DNA from: Cellulomonas sp. NTE-D12
GTDB lineage: Bacteria > Actinomycetota > Actinomycetes > Actinomycetales > Cellulomonadaceae
Length of the DNA: 64,000 bases
Assembly (NCBI RefSeq): GCF_027923705.1
Contig: NZ_AP026442.1
Location: 132,853-196,852 of the forward strand
Direction: 5' to 3'
In this document: piece after piece, positions 33,021 to 41,474 of the stretch
How positions within the stretch are numbered: position 1 is the stretch's first letter
Layout of the letters: each line of letters starts with the position of its first letter
Made by a program: the position numbers and the translations under genes
Notes under the pieces: model-generated
Database searches by the model: none
Seen by the model: the letters and a program-made list of their open reading frames with translations, nothing else
Told to the model about the DNA's origin: nothing

Positions 33021-33421
33021 GTGTTCCTCCTGCAGCGGGGGCGCCCCCTGGCGCCGGCTGAAGTATCCACCTGGCCGCGGTCGCGCGAGGGGGATTCGCC
33101 GGCCCGAACCATGCGTGCGCGTCGACACTGCGCAGGGCCAACGACAGCGCATCGCTCCGGCCGGCCGTCGCTTCCGTCGCCGGCCCGAAGACCCCTTCAC
33201 CTATGGCGGACTCGCACTCGGGGTGAGACTCGTCGGAGGCACTGGCGTCCACGAGCTCAGACGGGCCATCGCCGTGCAGCGGGGCCGACCAGGGTGGTCG
33301 CAGTCCCACCGACCGCGAGCGCTGGCCCGCCGAAGGGGCCCGCGCTCGCGGCGCGACGGGTCACCTCCGCGGCCCGTCGAAAGCCACACCTGACGCATCG
33401 GCGGCGTCTACGTTCGGCGTC

Positions 33422-34489
33422 GTGGCGCCGCGCACGGAAGCTGGACCGCAACCTGGTGAAGAGCCGGCGCTGCCTGTCGTCTGGCGCGTCGGCCGCCCCG
33501 CGCTGCTCGTCGCCCGGGTCGGCACCGGCCTCAGTCTCGCCGCGATTGCGGCGGTGACCGCCTGGGTGCTCTGGTGGCCGGACGCGGACCGGACAGCAGC
33601 CGCGCTCGCCGCGGCCGTCGCCCTGGTCTTCGTCGTGCTCCTCTGGCGAATGGGACTGCACCCCTCGCTCGAGGCGACCGCTGCCGGACTCACCGTCCGC
33701 AATCCACTTCAGACCGTCGAGATCCCGTGGGCGGAGGTCCGCGAGACCATCCCCGGGTACGACGGCATCAGGATCACGCGCTACGGCCGTCCCTCCGTCA
33801 CCGTCTGGGCTGTGCAGAAGGCGAACATCAGCACGTGGTCGCGAGCGCGAACGCGGGCCGATGTGGTGGCGGCGACGATTGACCACCTGGCGCGGGTCCA
33901 TGGCGCCCACGACCACGCGCACGCGTCGACGATGCGATCCATTTCGAACGAGCCCGAGCCACGCGACGCCGCCGCGCTGCCTCTGCCCTTCCCGTGGACG
34001 ATGTCTCGCGTCGAAGCGTTCGTCGTCGGCGAGCTGCGGCACTCGTCGTCACCGCTGCTGAGCGGCGCGGTGGCTCTCCTGTTCGCTGCACTCGCGCTGG
34101 GGGTCCTCGGATTCCTCGGCGACGACCTGTGGAACAACTACGTGCTGCAGCAGCGCGGAATCGTCGTCCATGCCACGGTGCTGGCCGTCCCCGGCCAGGT
34201 GAAGGTCACCTGGCCGGCTATCGCACCGCGCGCCGTCTTCGTCGACCCCGGCCACCCCTCTGGCACCTATGCCGTCGGCGACGTCGTCGAGGTGCAGTCG
34301 GATCCGCGAGAGCCGACCCTTGCCCGGCTGGTCGGCGTGAAGCCAGATGCCGGGGACCGGATCAGGTCTGGAGCGGTCGGCGTCGTGGGGTTGTTCCTGG
34401 CGGGCGCTTACGCCAAATGGTCACGCTGGTTGCTGTTCGCCCAGCGGCACGCTGCCACCACCGGCTCGGGGCGGCACCGCAAGCCCTGA
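33422..34489 (+). CDS. membrane protein: bacterial PH (bPH_2) domain fused to DUF3592-like domain
   Basis: 2 TM + ...GLTVRNPLQTVEIPWAEVRETIPGYDGIRITRYGRPSVTVWAV. A second TM pair then flanks ...VFVDPGHPSGTYAVGDVVEVQSDPREP.... Confidence 0.5.
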   Translation: MAPRTEAGPQPGEEPALPVVWRVGRPALLVARVGTGLSLAAIAAVTAWVLWWPDADRTAAALAAAVALVFVVLLWRMGLHPSLEATAAGLTVRNPLQTVEIPWAEVRETIPGYDGIRITRYGRPSVTVWAVQKANISTWSRARTRADVVAATIDHLARVHGAHDHAHASTMRSISNEPEPRDAAALPLPFPWTMSRVEAFVVGELRHSSSPLLSGAVALLFAALALGVLGFLGDDLWNNYVLQQRGIVVHATVLAVPGQVKVTWPAIAPRAVFVDPGHPSGTYAVGDVVEVQSDPREPTLARLVGVKPDAGDRIRSGAVGVVGLFLAGAYAKWSRWLLFAQRHAATTGSGRHRKP

Positions 34490-34556
34490 GCGGGTCACGG
34501 TGGCGACCGGGAGCGCACCGCTGAGCTGCGCGCCGGGGACATCGGCACAGCGATCG

Positions 34557-34858
34557 ACCGATCCGTCGCATGTTGCAGCCTCGGTGCACACGTCTCCGCG
34601 TGGGGACCTCACGCGCATGTCACCGGCTGACCGATAGCCAACCCGAGAGACGGCCATGTCACCGGCCGGATGTCACCGGTTTGTCTATCGGTCTGTCTAT
34701 CGCTGCTGAGGATCGTCGCGCGCGTGGCACGACCTTGGCTGCCTTCGTCCTCCGCGACGACCTTCGGTCATCCGCTCGCCGTCGCGTGTTGCTCGTCGTC
34801 CCGCGCTCCCGCTTGTAGGGGGACCACACCGTGGCGCCCCTCGGGAGGGGGGGTTCTT
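34557..34858. repeat. orphan degenerate copy (B) of the relaxase leader/iteron region, including the first about 30 bp of a relaxase ORF
   Basis: It is about 90% identical to 20302-20612. The iterons are partly mutated (CGATAGCC, CGAGAGAC), and homology ends right after GTGGCGCCCCTCGGGAGGGGG. Confidence 0.6.
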
Positions 34859-35032
34859 CGCCAGCTACACCGCCATCCACCTAGGCAACGCCTCAGACCG
34901 GTCAGCCGGCTCGCTCGTTCTCGCGCTCCTCACGCTGGTCCTCGTGGTGGCCGGTCTGTCGAGCCTGATGGCCGCCGTCGCGACGGCGCGCGCGGCCTCC
35001 GCTCGGTTCACCTCGGGCTGACCGGGGACGTC

Positions 35033-36304
35033 TCACGCCGCGATGAGTCCCAAGGGGACCACGCCGATCCCGTCGGGTCGGCGGTAGGCGCTCGGTCCGG
35101 TGTTGACGATGATCGCGTCGAGCAGCGCGTCGCCCAGATGGCCGGCGAGCCAGTGCAGGTGAGTGGTGTCGCGGTCGTCGACCGTGGTGGCGAGCTTCAC
35201 CTCGATGGCGAGGACCTTGCCGTCGTCGCGGACGACGACGAGGTCGATCTCGTGGTCGCCGTTTCGGGTTCGCAGATGGCCGACGTTCGCTTCCGCGGCC
35301 TGAGCCGGGACTCGGATGCAGAGAGCGGCGAGCGACTGGAACAGGTGCCCGAGCATCGTGCCCGCCTGCGGGCCGATCGGTGTCCCCTCGCCATCGAGGA
35401 GAGCGTCGCTGGTGAGGCCGAGGAGCCGAGCGGCCAGAGCCGGGTCTGCGAGGTGGTGCTGCGGTGCTTGACCAAGACGCGCCAGGGGATTGCCGAGCGG
35501 CGCCCATGCAGGTACCGGATCGAGCAGCCACAGCTGAGTGAGCACGTCGCGATACGCGATGCTCGTGCTGCGAGCGGGCTTGTCGTCCTGTCCGGGGGTC
35601 GCGGCGTCCAGCAGGCTCGAGTAGCTGGCGGTCGACGACGTGGCCGCGGCGTAGGCGCGGAGCCAGGCCAGCATGGAGTCCGGCTTGCGCACTGCCAAGC
35701 CCTGCTCGGGGACGTCACGATCGACCGCGTTGCGCAGGTAGGAGTCGAGCTGGAACTTCAAGGCGCGTGGGGTCAGGCCCCGCAGACCGGGAAAGCCGGA
35801 CGCGAGGATCTCCTCCGTGTAGTCGGCCAGGCGCAGTGGGCACGAGCCGTCCAGTGGGCCCCGCGCTCCCGACAGCAGGCCACGCAGGCTCACCGTCGGT
35901 TCGCTGACGCCTCGCTCGGAGAGCGTCATCGGCCGCATCCTCAGGCGGCCGATGCGGCCGGCGCCGGAGTGAGCGGTGGCGCCGGGTGCCGGTGCCGCGC
36001 TTCCGACCAGCAGGTACTGGCCCCCGCTGCGGTCCTCGTCGACGGCCCTGCGTACGACGTCCCACACCTCGGGGACCTTCTGCCATTCGTCGATCAGCAG
36101 CGGGCGCGCTCTGGTCAGGACCAGCTCGGGGTCGGCTTGGATCGATTCCCGGTTAGCACGCGAGTCCAGTCGGAGCAGCCCGTGGGCCCGCTGCTCCGCC
36201 GTGGTCGTCTTGCCGACCGCCTTCGGGCCGTCGATGGCGATGGCGGGGACCTGCGGGAACAGCTCGTCCAGCTCATCATCGACGATCCGCCGGACGTAGG
36301 GCAT
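35033..36304 (-). CDS. AAA+ ATPase (AAA_14) with DUF4143 domain
   Basis: IAIDGPKAVGKTTTAEQ...LLIDEWQKVPEVWDVVR. It is a paralogue of 26086-27327. Confidence 0.75.
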   Translation of the reverse strand: MPYVRRIVDDELDELFPQVPAIAIDGPKAVGKTTTAEQRAHGLLRLDSRANRESIQADPELVLTRARPLLIDEWQKVPEVWDVVRRAVDEDRSGGQYLLVGSAAPAPGATAHSGAGRIGRLRMRPMTLSERGVSEPTVSLRGLLSGARGPLDGSCPLRLADYTEEILASGFPGLRGLTPRALKFQLDSYLRNAVDRDVPEQGLAVRKPDSMLAWLRAYAAATSSTASYSSLLDAATPGQDDKPARSTSIAYRDVLTQLWLLDPVPAWAPLGNPLARLGQAPQHHLADPALAARLLGLTSDALLDGEGTPIGPQAGTMLGHLFQSLAALCIRVPAQAAEANVGHLRTRNGDHEIDLVVVRDDGKVLAIEVKLATTVDDRDTTHLHWLAGHLGDALLDAIIVNTGPSAYRRPDGIGVVPLGLIAA

Positions 36305-36613
36305 GCGGCTATCCTACAGGTGGCACGCGGTGAATCAGTCAGTTAGCAGTGGTCGAATCAGACAGTTCGCACGTCGCGAGCACGACAGCTAGCAGCGTGG
36401 CCGGCACGACACGGGCGGATACTCGCCGCCCCCACGCGTCGTGGGAAGACCGGGCCCTGGCGAGTCGTCGAGCTCATCTGAGTCCCGGGCCAAGAGGCCG
36501 CTCGACCGTCGTTGCGAACGGCGACGATCACCCTCTCGGCTCTCGGGAAATTCACAGGCTGCGGCGCCACGATTTCGCAGGTCATTTCCGGCGTGGGCGA
36601 GAGAGGTCGGCCT

Positions 36614-37393
36614 GTGGCTGACGCGGCAGGAGCTCCGATCCTCGAGGTCGACGGTCTCGTCGTGCGGTACGGGTCGTACACCGCGGTCGACGGTCTGAGC
36701 CTCAGCGTCGGGCGTGGTGAGATCTTCGGTCTGCTCGGGCCGAACGGCGCCGGGAAGACGAGCACGCTCTCGGCGATCGAGGGGCTGCTGAACCCCGCGG
36801 CCGGGGCGGTGAAGGTCGTGGGACACGTCGCGACGAGCGAGCCGCTCGCCGTGCGCGCGCTCATCGGCGTCCAGCTGCAGGCGTCCAGCTTCCAGGCGGA
36901 GCTGACGCTCACCGAGATCCTGCGCCTGTACTCGGGGCTCTACGGGCTCACGCTGTCCGGCGACGAGCTGAACCAGCGGCTCCGCCGTGCCGGCCTGGCG
37001 GACGAGGCGGGCAAGCGCTACAAGCAGACGTCCGGCGGACAGCAGCAGCGCTTCTCGCTGCTCGTCGCGATGCTGCACGACCCGCCACTGCTCCTCCTCG
37101 ACGAGCCCACCTCAGGCCTGGATCCGCAGGCCCGGCGCCAGCTGTGGTCGCAGATCGAGCGGGCGCGAGGCGAGGGCGGCTCGATCCTGCTGACCACCCA
37201 CTCGATGGAGGAGGCCTCGGCCGTGTGCGACCGGGTCGCGATCATCGACCACGGTCGGCTCGTCGCGCTGGGCACGCCCGCCGAGCTGGTCGACCAGCAC
37301 CGCACCGACCCGCGGGTGCTGCGCGCGGCGCACGGCGACGTCACGCTCGAGGACGTGTTCATCGGCCTGACGGGGGACGAGATCCGTGACTGA
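36614..37393 (+). CDS. ABC transporter ATP-binding protein (ABC-2 type)
   Basis: A GAGAGG RBS precedes the GTG at 36614. The translation is ...ILEVDGLVVRYGSYTAVDGLSLSVGRGEIFGLLGPNGAGKTSTLS...SGGQQQRFSLL...LLLLDEPTSGLD. Confidence 0.8.
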   Translation: MADAAGAPILEVDGLVVRYGSYTAVDGLSLSVGRGEIFGLLGPNGAGKTSTLSAIEGLLNPAAGAVKVVGHVATSEPLAVRALIGVQLQASSFQAELTLTEILRLYSGLYGLTLSGDELNQRLRRAGLADEAGKRYKQTSGGQQQRFSLLVAMLHDPPLLLLDEPTSGLDPQARRQLWSQIERARGEGGSILLTTHSMEEASAVCDRVAIIDHGRLVALGTPAELVDQHRTDPRVLRAAHGDVTLEDVFIGLTGDEIRD

Positions 37394-38156
37394 GACGACC
37401 CTCCTGAAGCCGCCGCCGGTCGGCCTGGCGATGCGCACGCTGCTGCGCGCCGACGCCACCGTGCTGCTGCGCAACCGGCAGGCGCTGCTGCTGTCGATCG
37501 TGCTGCCGGTCGCGATGCTGTTCATCACCGGTGCGGGCAGCGGGCGACGACAGGTTCTCGATCCGGGGTACCTGATCGGCCTGGCGATCACGTACGGGCT
37601 GATGGCGTCGGGCCTGTTCGGGTACCCGATGGCCGTGGCGCGTGACCGCGAGTCCGGCGTGTTCCAGCGGATGCGCGTGACGCCCGTGCCGATGTGGACG
37701 GTCTCGGTGAGCCGGATCGTCGTGCAGCTGGTGCTCTCGCTGGTCATGTCGCTGGTGGTCCTCGGCCTCGGCGGCGTGCGCCACCACCTCACGTTCGGCT
37801 TCTCGAACTGGCTCCTGGTCCTGGCGATCTCGCTGCTGGGCGCGCTCGTGTTCCTGGCGATCGGGCAGGCGATCGTCGGCCTCACCACGACCTCGGGCCA
37901 GGTGAACGCGTTCAGCCGGGTGCTGTTCGCGCTGCTGCTCGTCGTCGGCCTCGTCGGCTCCTCCGGCCTGCTGGGGACCACGTTCAAGACGATCGCCGGC
38001 TGGACGCCCGTCGGCGGCCTGTCCAACCTCTTCAGCGCCGCCACCGGCAGCGTCGCCTGGGGTTCCGACCAGGTGATCGGGCTGGTCGCGTCGGTCGGGT
38101 ACGCCGTGGTGTTCGGGTTCATCGGCGTCCGGTGGTTCCGCTGGACGGTCCGCTGA
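37386..38156 (+). CDS. ABC-2 family permease
   Basis: The GTG at 37386 overlaps the upstream stop. The 256 aa protein has about 6 TM. Confidence 0.7.
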   Translation: MTETTLLKPPPVGLAMRTLLRADATVLLRNRQALLLSIVLPVAMLFITGAGSGRRQVLDPGYLIGLAITYGLMASGLFGYPMAVARDRESGVFQRMRVTPVPMWTVSVSRIVVQLVLSLVMSLVVLGLGGVRHHLTFGFSNWLLVLAISLLGALVFLAIGQAIVGLTTTSGQVNAFSRVLFALLLVVGLVGSSGLLGTTFKTIAGWTPVGGLSNLFSAATGSVAWGSDQVIGLVASVGYAVVFGFIGVRWFRWTVR

Positions 38157-38419
38157 GTCCCGACGAGGCACGCTCGGATGTGGTCCGCCGCGTCGCCGAG
38201 GGGCTGCCGTTCCTCGCCACGCACCTCGCGCGGGTAGCCGCCGGCAGGGCCGCCACGGATGCACCCGTGTTCTCAAGAGGTGCGGACCGCGGCGGCGGGC
38301 CATGATCGATCGATGGCTCGTGTGCGGGGGGACACGCCGGGGGACGGGCGCACCCGTGCACGGACGTCGGTGGGGAGCCGTGCCGGTGTCCCGACCGCCT
38401 GCAGACGGGGAGACGGGTC

Positions 38420-38800
38420 GTGGACTCTCTGAGCTTCACGGCCGCCCTCGACGGCATCCCCACAAGCCGCCGGTGGGTGGTGGCGTGGGCTCGTCGTGCC
38501 GGCTGCCCGGAGGCCTGCGTCAGCACCATCGCCCTGCTGACCACCGAGGCCGTCACCAACGCGGTCCGGCACGGGCCGGACCGCGGGACGGTGACCGTCG
38601 CGGTGTCGCAGGTGCGCGGGCAGTGGCGGGTGGCGGTGACGGACCAGAGCCGTGGTCGGCCCGTGGTCCGGGACGTGGAGCCGTGGGCGCTCGGCGGCCG
38701 CGGCGTCATGCTGATCGACCGCCTGGCGGCCGCGTGGGGCGTCGACAGCGGGCGCGGCGGGGCCAAGACGGTGTGGTTCCACGTCGCGTGCGCCGATTGA
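38420..38800 (+). CDS. anti-sigma regulatory factor-like HATPase_c (RsbW-type Ser/Thr kinase) protein
   Basis: ...STIALLTTEAVTNAVRHGPDRGTVTVAVSQVRGQWRVAVTDQSRGRPV...GGRGVMLIDRLAAAWGV... (N, G1, G2 boxes). Confidence 0.55.
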   Translation: MDSLSFTAALDGIPTSRRWVVAWARRAGCPEACVSTIALLTTEAVTNAVRHGPDRGTVTVAVSQVRGQWRVAVTDQSRGRPVVRDVEPWALGGRGVMLIDRLAAAWGVDSGRGGAKTVWFHVACAD

Positions 38801-38894
38801 TCCGGAGGCCGCGCGACCCGCTCGATCATCGACGTGCCGGCCGCCGAGAGGTCCGGGCGGCCCGGAACCGGTTGGCCCCGGGCCGCCCGCGGAC

Positions 38895-39872
38895 CTAGAC
38901 CCAGAACGTGCGCAGCCGGTCCGCGAGGCGTCGTCCCTGGTCGTGGCCTCCTCGCGCGGCCTGCAGGCGCGTCGACGGGTCGAGGGCGTTCGCGTCGAAC
39001 ACGTCACCGGCGCCTGCGTCGGGAAACACCGTCTCCACCTCGCTGCCACCGGCGCGCAGCTCCTCGACCTGCGAGGCGAGGTCCATCCGCCACGCGGCCG
39101 GCATGCGGGACCGGCCGCCGAAGGGTGAGAGGACCAGCACCCGCCCGTACCCCGCGGCGAGGTCGGCGTTCTCGCTGCGCCGGTAGCCGCCGTTGAGGTA
39201 GCGACGCTCGCCGATCGGGTAGGGCACCATCGCCGACGTGCTGGCGGCGACGGCGTCCACCAGGTCCACGCCGCTGTCCCGGTCGAGCCCGACGGGTTCG
39301 CCGGTGCGGGCGTCCACGGCGACCAGCACCACTCGCTGCTGCGGCCAGTCGGTGCCGGGCAGCCGGCCGGCGACGACGTCGCGCCAGCGTGCGCCCGCCG
39401 CTCCGTCTGACGCGTCCCGCTCGAGCGCCGCGGCGCCCATCCGGCGGCGCATGTCCGCGGCGTCCGCCGCGGACGCGATCACCTCGTCGGACCAGGCGAG
39501 GTAGCCGGCGCCGGAGACACCCCGGGCAGGGCCGTGACCTGCGCTGTTCCGGGGACCGTTCCCGGCGCCCGCGCCGTTACCGGGAACGGTCCCGGTGCGG
39601 GCGTGCGCGTCCGGGAGCGGCGGCTCCTCGACGATGGCGGAGTAGAGCTCCGCAGGTCGGGGACCGCCGGTGATCTGCGCCGCGACGGTGGCGCCGGACG
39701 ACGTCCCGACGATCAGGTCGGCCACCGTGACGTCGACGCCGGCGTCGGCCAGCCCGGCGATGACACCGATCGCCCAGGCGTTGCCCGCGGCGCCGCCGCC
39801 GGCGACGACGAGCGCCCGCCCGGCAGCCGACGGACGGGGGGACGAGGACGAGGACGAGGAAGGTGCGTTCAT
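38895..39872 (-). CDS. patatin-like phospholipase
   Basis: ALVVAGGGAAGNAWAIGV (the GGGxxG oxyanion motif) and GTSSGA (GxSxG). The Asp dyad region is present. Confidence 0.7.
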   Translation of the reverse strand: MNAPSSSSSSSPRPSAAGRALVVAGGGAAGNAWAIGVIAGLADAGVDVTVADLIVGTSSGATVAAQITGGPRPAELYSAIVEEPPLPDAHARTGTVPGNGAGAGNGPRNSAGHGPARGVSGAGYLAWSDEVIASAADAADMRRRMGAAALERDASDGAAGARWRDVVAGRLPGTDWPQQRVVLVAVDARTGEPVGLDRDSGVDLVDAVAASTSAMVPYPIGERRYLNGGYRRSENADLAAGYGRVLVLSPFGGRSRMPAAWRMDLASQVEELRAGGSEVETVFPDAGAGDVFDANALDPSTRLQAARGGHDQGRRLADRLRTFWV

Positions 39873-40192
39873 GTCAGTTGCCTCTCGGGAGATGCCTGGT
39901 GGGCGCTCCCGGAACGACTAACGCAGCTGCGCGGTCGCCGACCTCGAGGGAGCACCCGATGCGGGTACTGCCGACATGGGTCTCACCTCCTGTCGATCGG
40001 TCCTGGCCGTCCGGACGTCCACGCGTCGACGACACGGTCTCCGGACTGCCCGCCCACTATCGCGGCCCGCGGGTGCTCCCGTCCATCGAATTCGGGTTCA
40101 CCGCGTGGACGTCCCACCGAGGGTGCGCATGGTCCGAGCCTGCACCGGCCGGCGGCATCCTGGGGACGGATCGGCCCGGTCGAGGGCCGTCC

Positions 40193-41272
40193 CTATGCGG
40201 TGACCAGGGAGTCCAGCTGGGCGGCGTTGGTCGCGACCACGCCGGCCGACTCGCGCAGCAGGGCGCTGACGTGTGCCGAGCTGGTGGCGCCGTCGGCCAC
40301 CGCGGCCACGCCGGAGCTCATCTCGCTGGCGACGGCCGTCTGCTCCTCCACGGCACTCGCGAGCGCCGCCTGCTGCAGCTCGATCTCGTTGATCAGCTTC
40401 AGGATGTCCGTGATCGCCTTCTCGGCATCGGTGCTGTCCGCCTGGATGGCGCCGATCATCTCGGTGATCTCCGCCGCGGCGGTCCGGGTGCGGCCGGTCA
40501 GGTCCTTGACCTCGTTGGCCACCACGGCGAACCCCTTGCCGGCCTCGCCGGCGCGGGCGGCCTCGATCGTCGCGTTCAGTGCGAGCAGGTTGGTCTGGTC
40601 GGCGATCGCGGAGATCAGCTTGGTCACGGCGCCGATCCGGTCGCTCGACTCGCCCAGCTTGGCCAGCCGCTCGTTGGCCACCCCGGCGATCCGGACGGCG
40701 TTGGCCGTGCCCTTCGAGGCGGCGGCCGCGCCGACGGCGATCTCCCGGATGCTGGCGGACATCTGCTGCGAACCGGCCGCGACGGCGTCCGCGCGGTTGG
40801 ACACGTCCGCGGACACGGCGGCGATCTGGTCGCTCAGCTCGGTCAGCGAGCCGGAGGAGCTGAACAGCTCTCCGGCCACCGACTTGGTGACGCGGAGGTT
40901 CTCGGTCGCCTCGGTGTCGTCGGCCCACACGACGACGAACCCGTCGGCCAGGCGGTCCACCGTGGTGCGCGCCGACGCGCGGCGCCCCGCCTCCTCGACG
41001 GTGACCACCCGGGTCACAGGGAAGGACCTCTCGTGGGCGATGATCGCGCCGAGCTCCTTGCGCAGCGCCGGCATCACCGCCTCGCCGCGCTCCGCAGCCA
41101 CGCGAGCGGCCAGGGCGTCGGCCGCCCGGTTGCGGGCGACGATCTTGCCTTCCGCATCCGTCACCAGGATGGCGGCCGGCGCAGCGAGGAACACGTCGAA
41201 CGCGCCCGCGCGGATGAACTGGGCATCGAACCCGTTCGACGACGACGTGGTGCGGGACCGGCGGCGGAACAT
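40193..41272 (-). CDS. soluble PAS-containing methyl-accepting chemotaxis-type signalling protein
   Basis: The C-terminal MCP signalling domain reads ...[34 protein letters not shown].... An N-terminal PAS-like region is present. There are no TM segments. Confidence 0.7.
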   Translation of the reverse strand: MFRRRSRTTSSSNGFDAQFIRAGAFDVFLAAPAAILVTDAEGKIVARNRAADALAARVAAERGEAVMPALRKELGAIIAHERSFPVTRVVTVEEAGRRASARTTVDRLADGFVVVWADDTEATENLRVTKSVAGELFSSSGSLTELSDQIAAVSADVSNRADAVAAGSQQMSASIREIAVGAAAASKGTANAVRIAGVANERLAKLGESSDRIGAVTKLISAIADQTNLLALNATIEAARAGEAGKGFAVVANEVKDLTGRTRTAAAEITEMIGAIQADSTDAEKAITDILKLINEIELQQAALASAVEEQTAVASEMSSGVAAVADGATSSAHVSALLRESAGVVATNAAQLDSLVTA

Positions 41273-41334
41273 GGCGACCCTTCGTTAGGCGTGACCTCTG
41301 CTACGCCTATCGGCAGCACGCGGTGGGTGCTGAG

Positions 41335-41370
41335 AAGTTGCAGAGTGTGTAAAGTTGCACAGCCTGCAAC
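41335..41370. promoter_or_regulatory. AAGTTGCA direct repeat plus GTTGCA-N5-TGCAAC inverted repeat; candidate operator in the MCP/MFS divergent promoter
   Basis: Seen directly. Confidence 0.3.
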
Positions 41371-41474
41371 GCGGTGATCCCGCGGTGAGCGGGCTCCCAG
41401 CCCACGAGAGAGTCGGTCCCGTCGTGCCCCACGCAGCTCCCGCACGGCCCGCAGGTACGTCTGCGGCCCCCGTC

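Noticed and set aside
34670-36346. 558-aa + ORF
   Set aside because: It is the antisense of the DUF4143 ATPase at 35033-36304 plus repeat copy B.
39863-41377. 504-aa + ORF
   Set aside because: It is the antisense of the MCP-domain gene, which has a clear signalling-domain signature on the minus strand.
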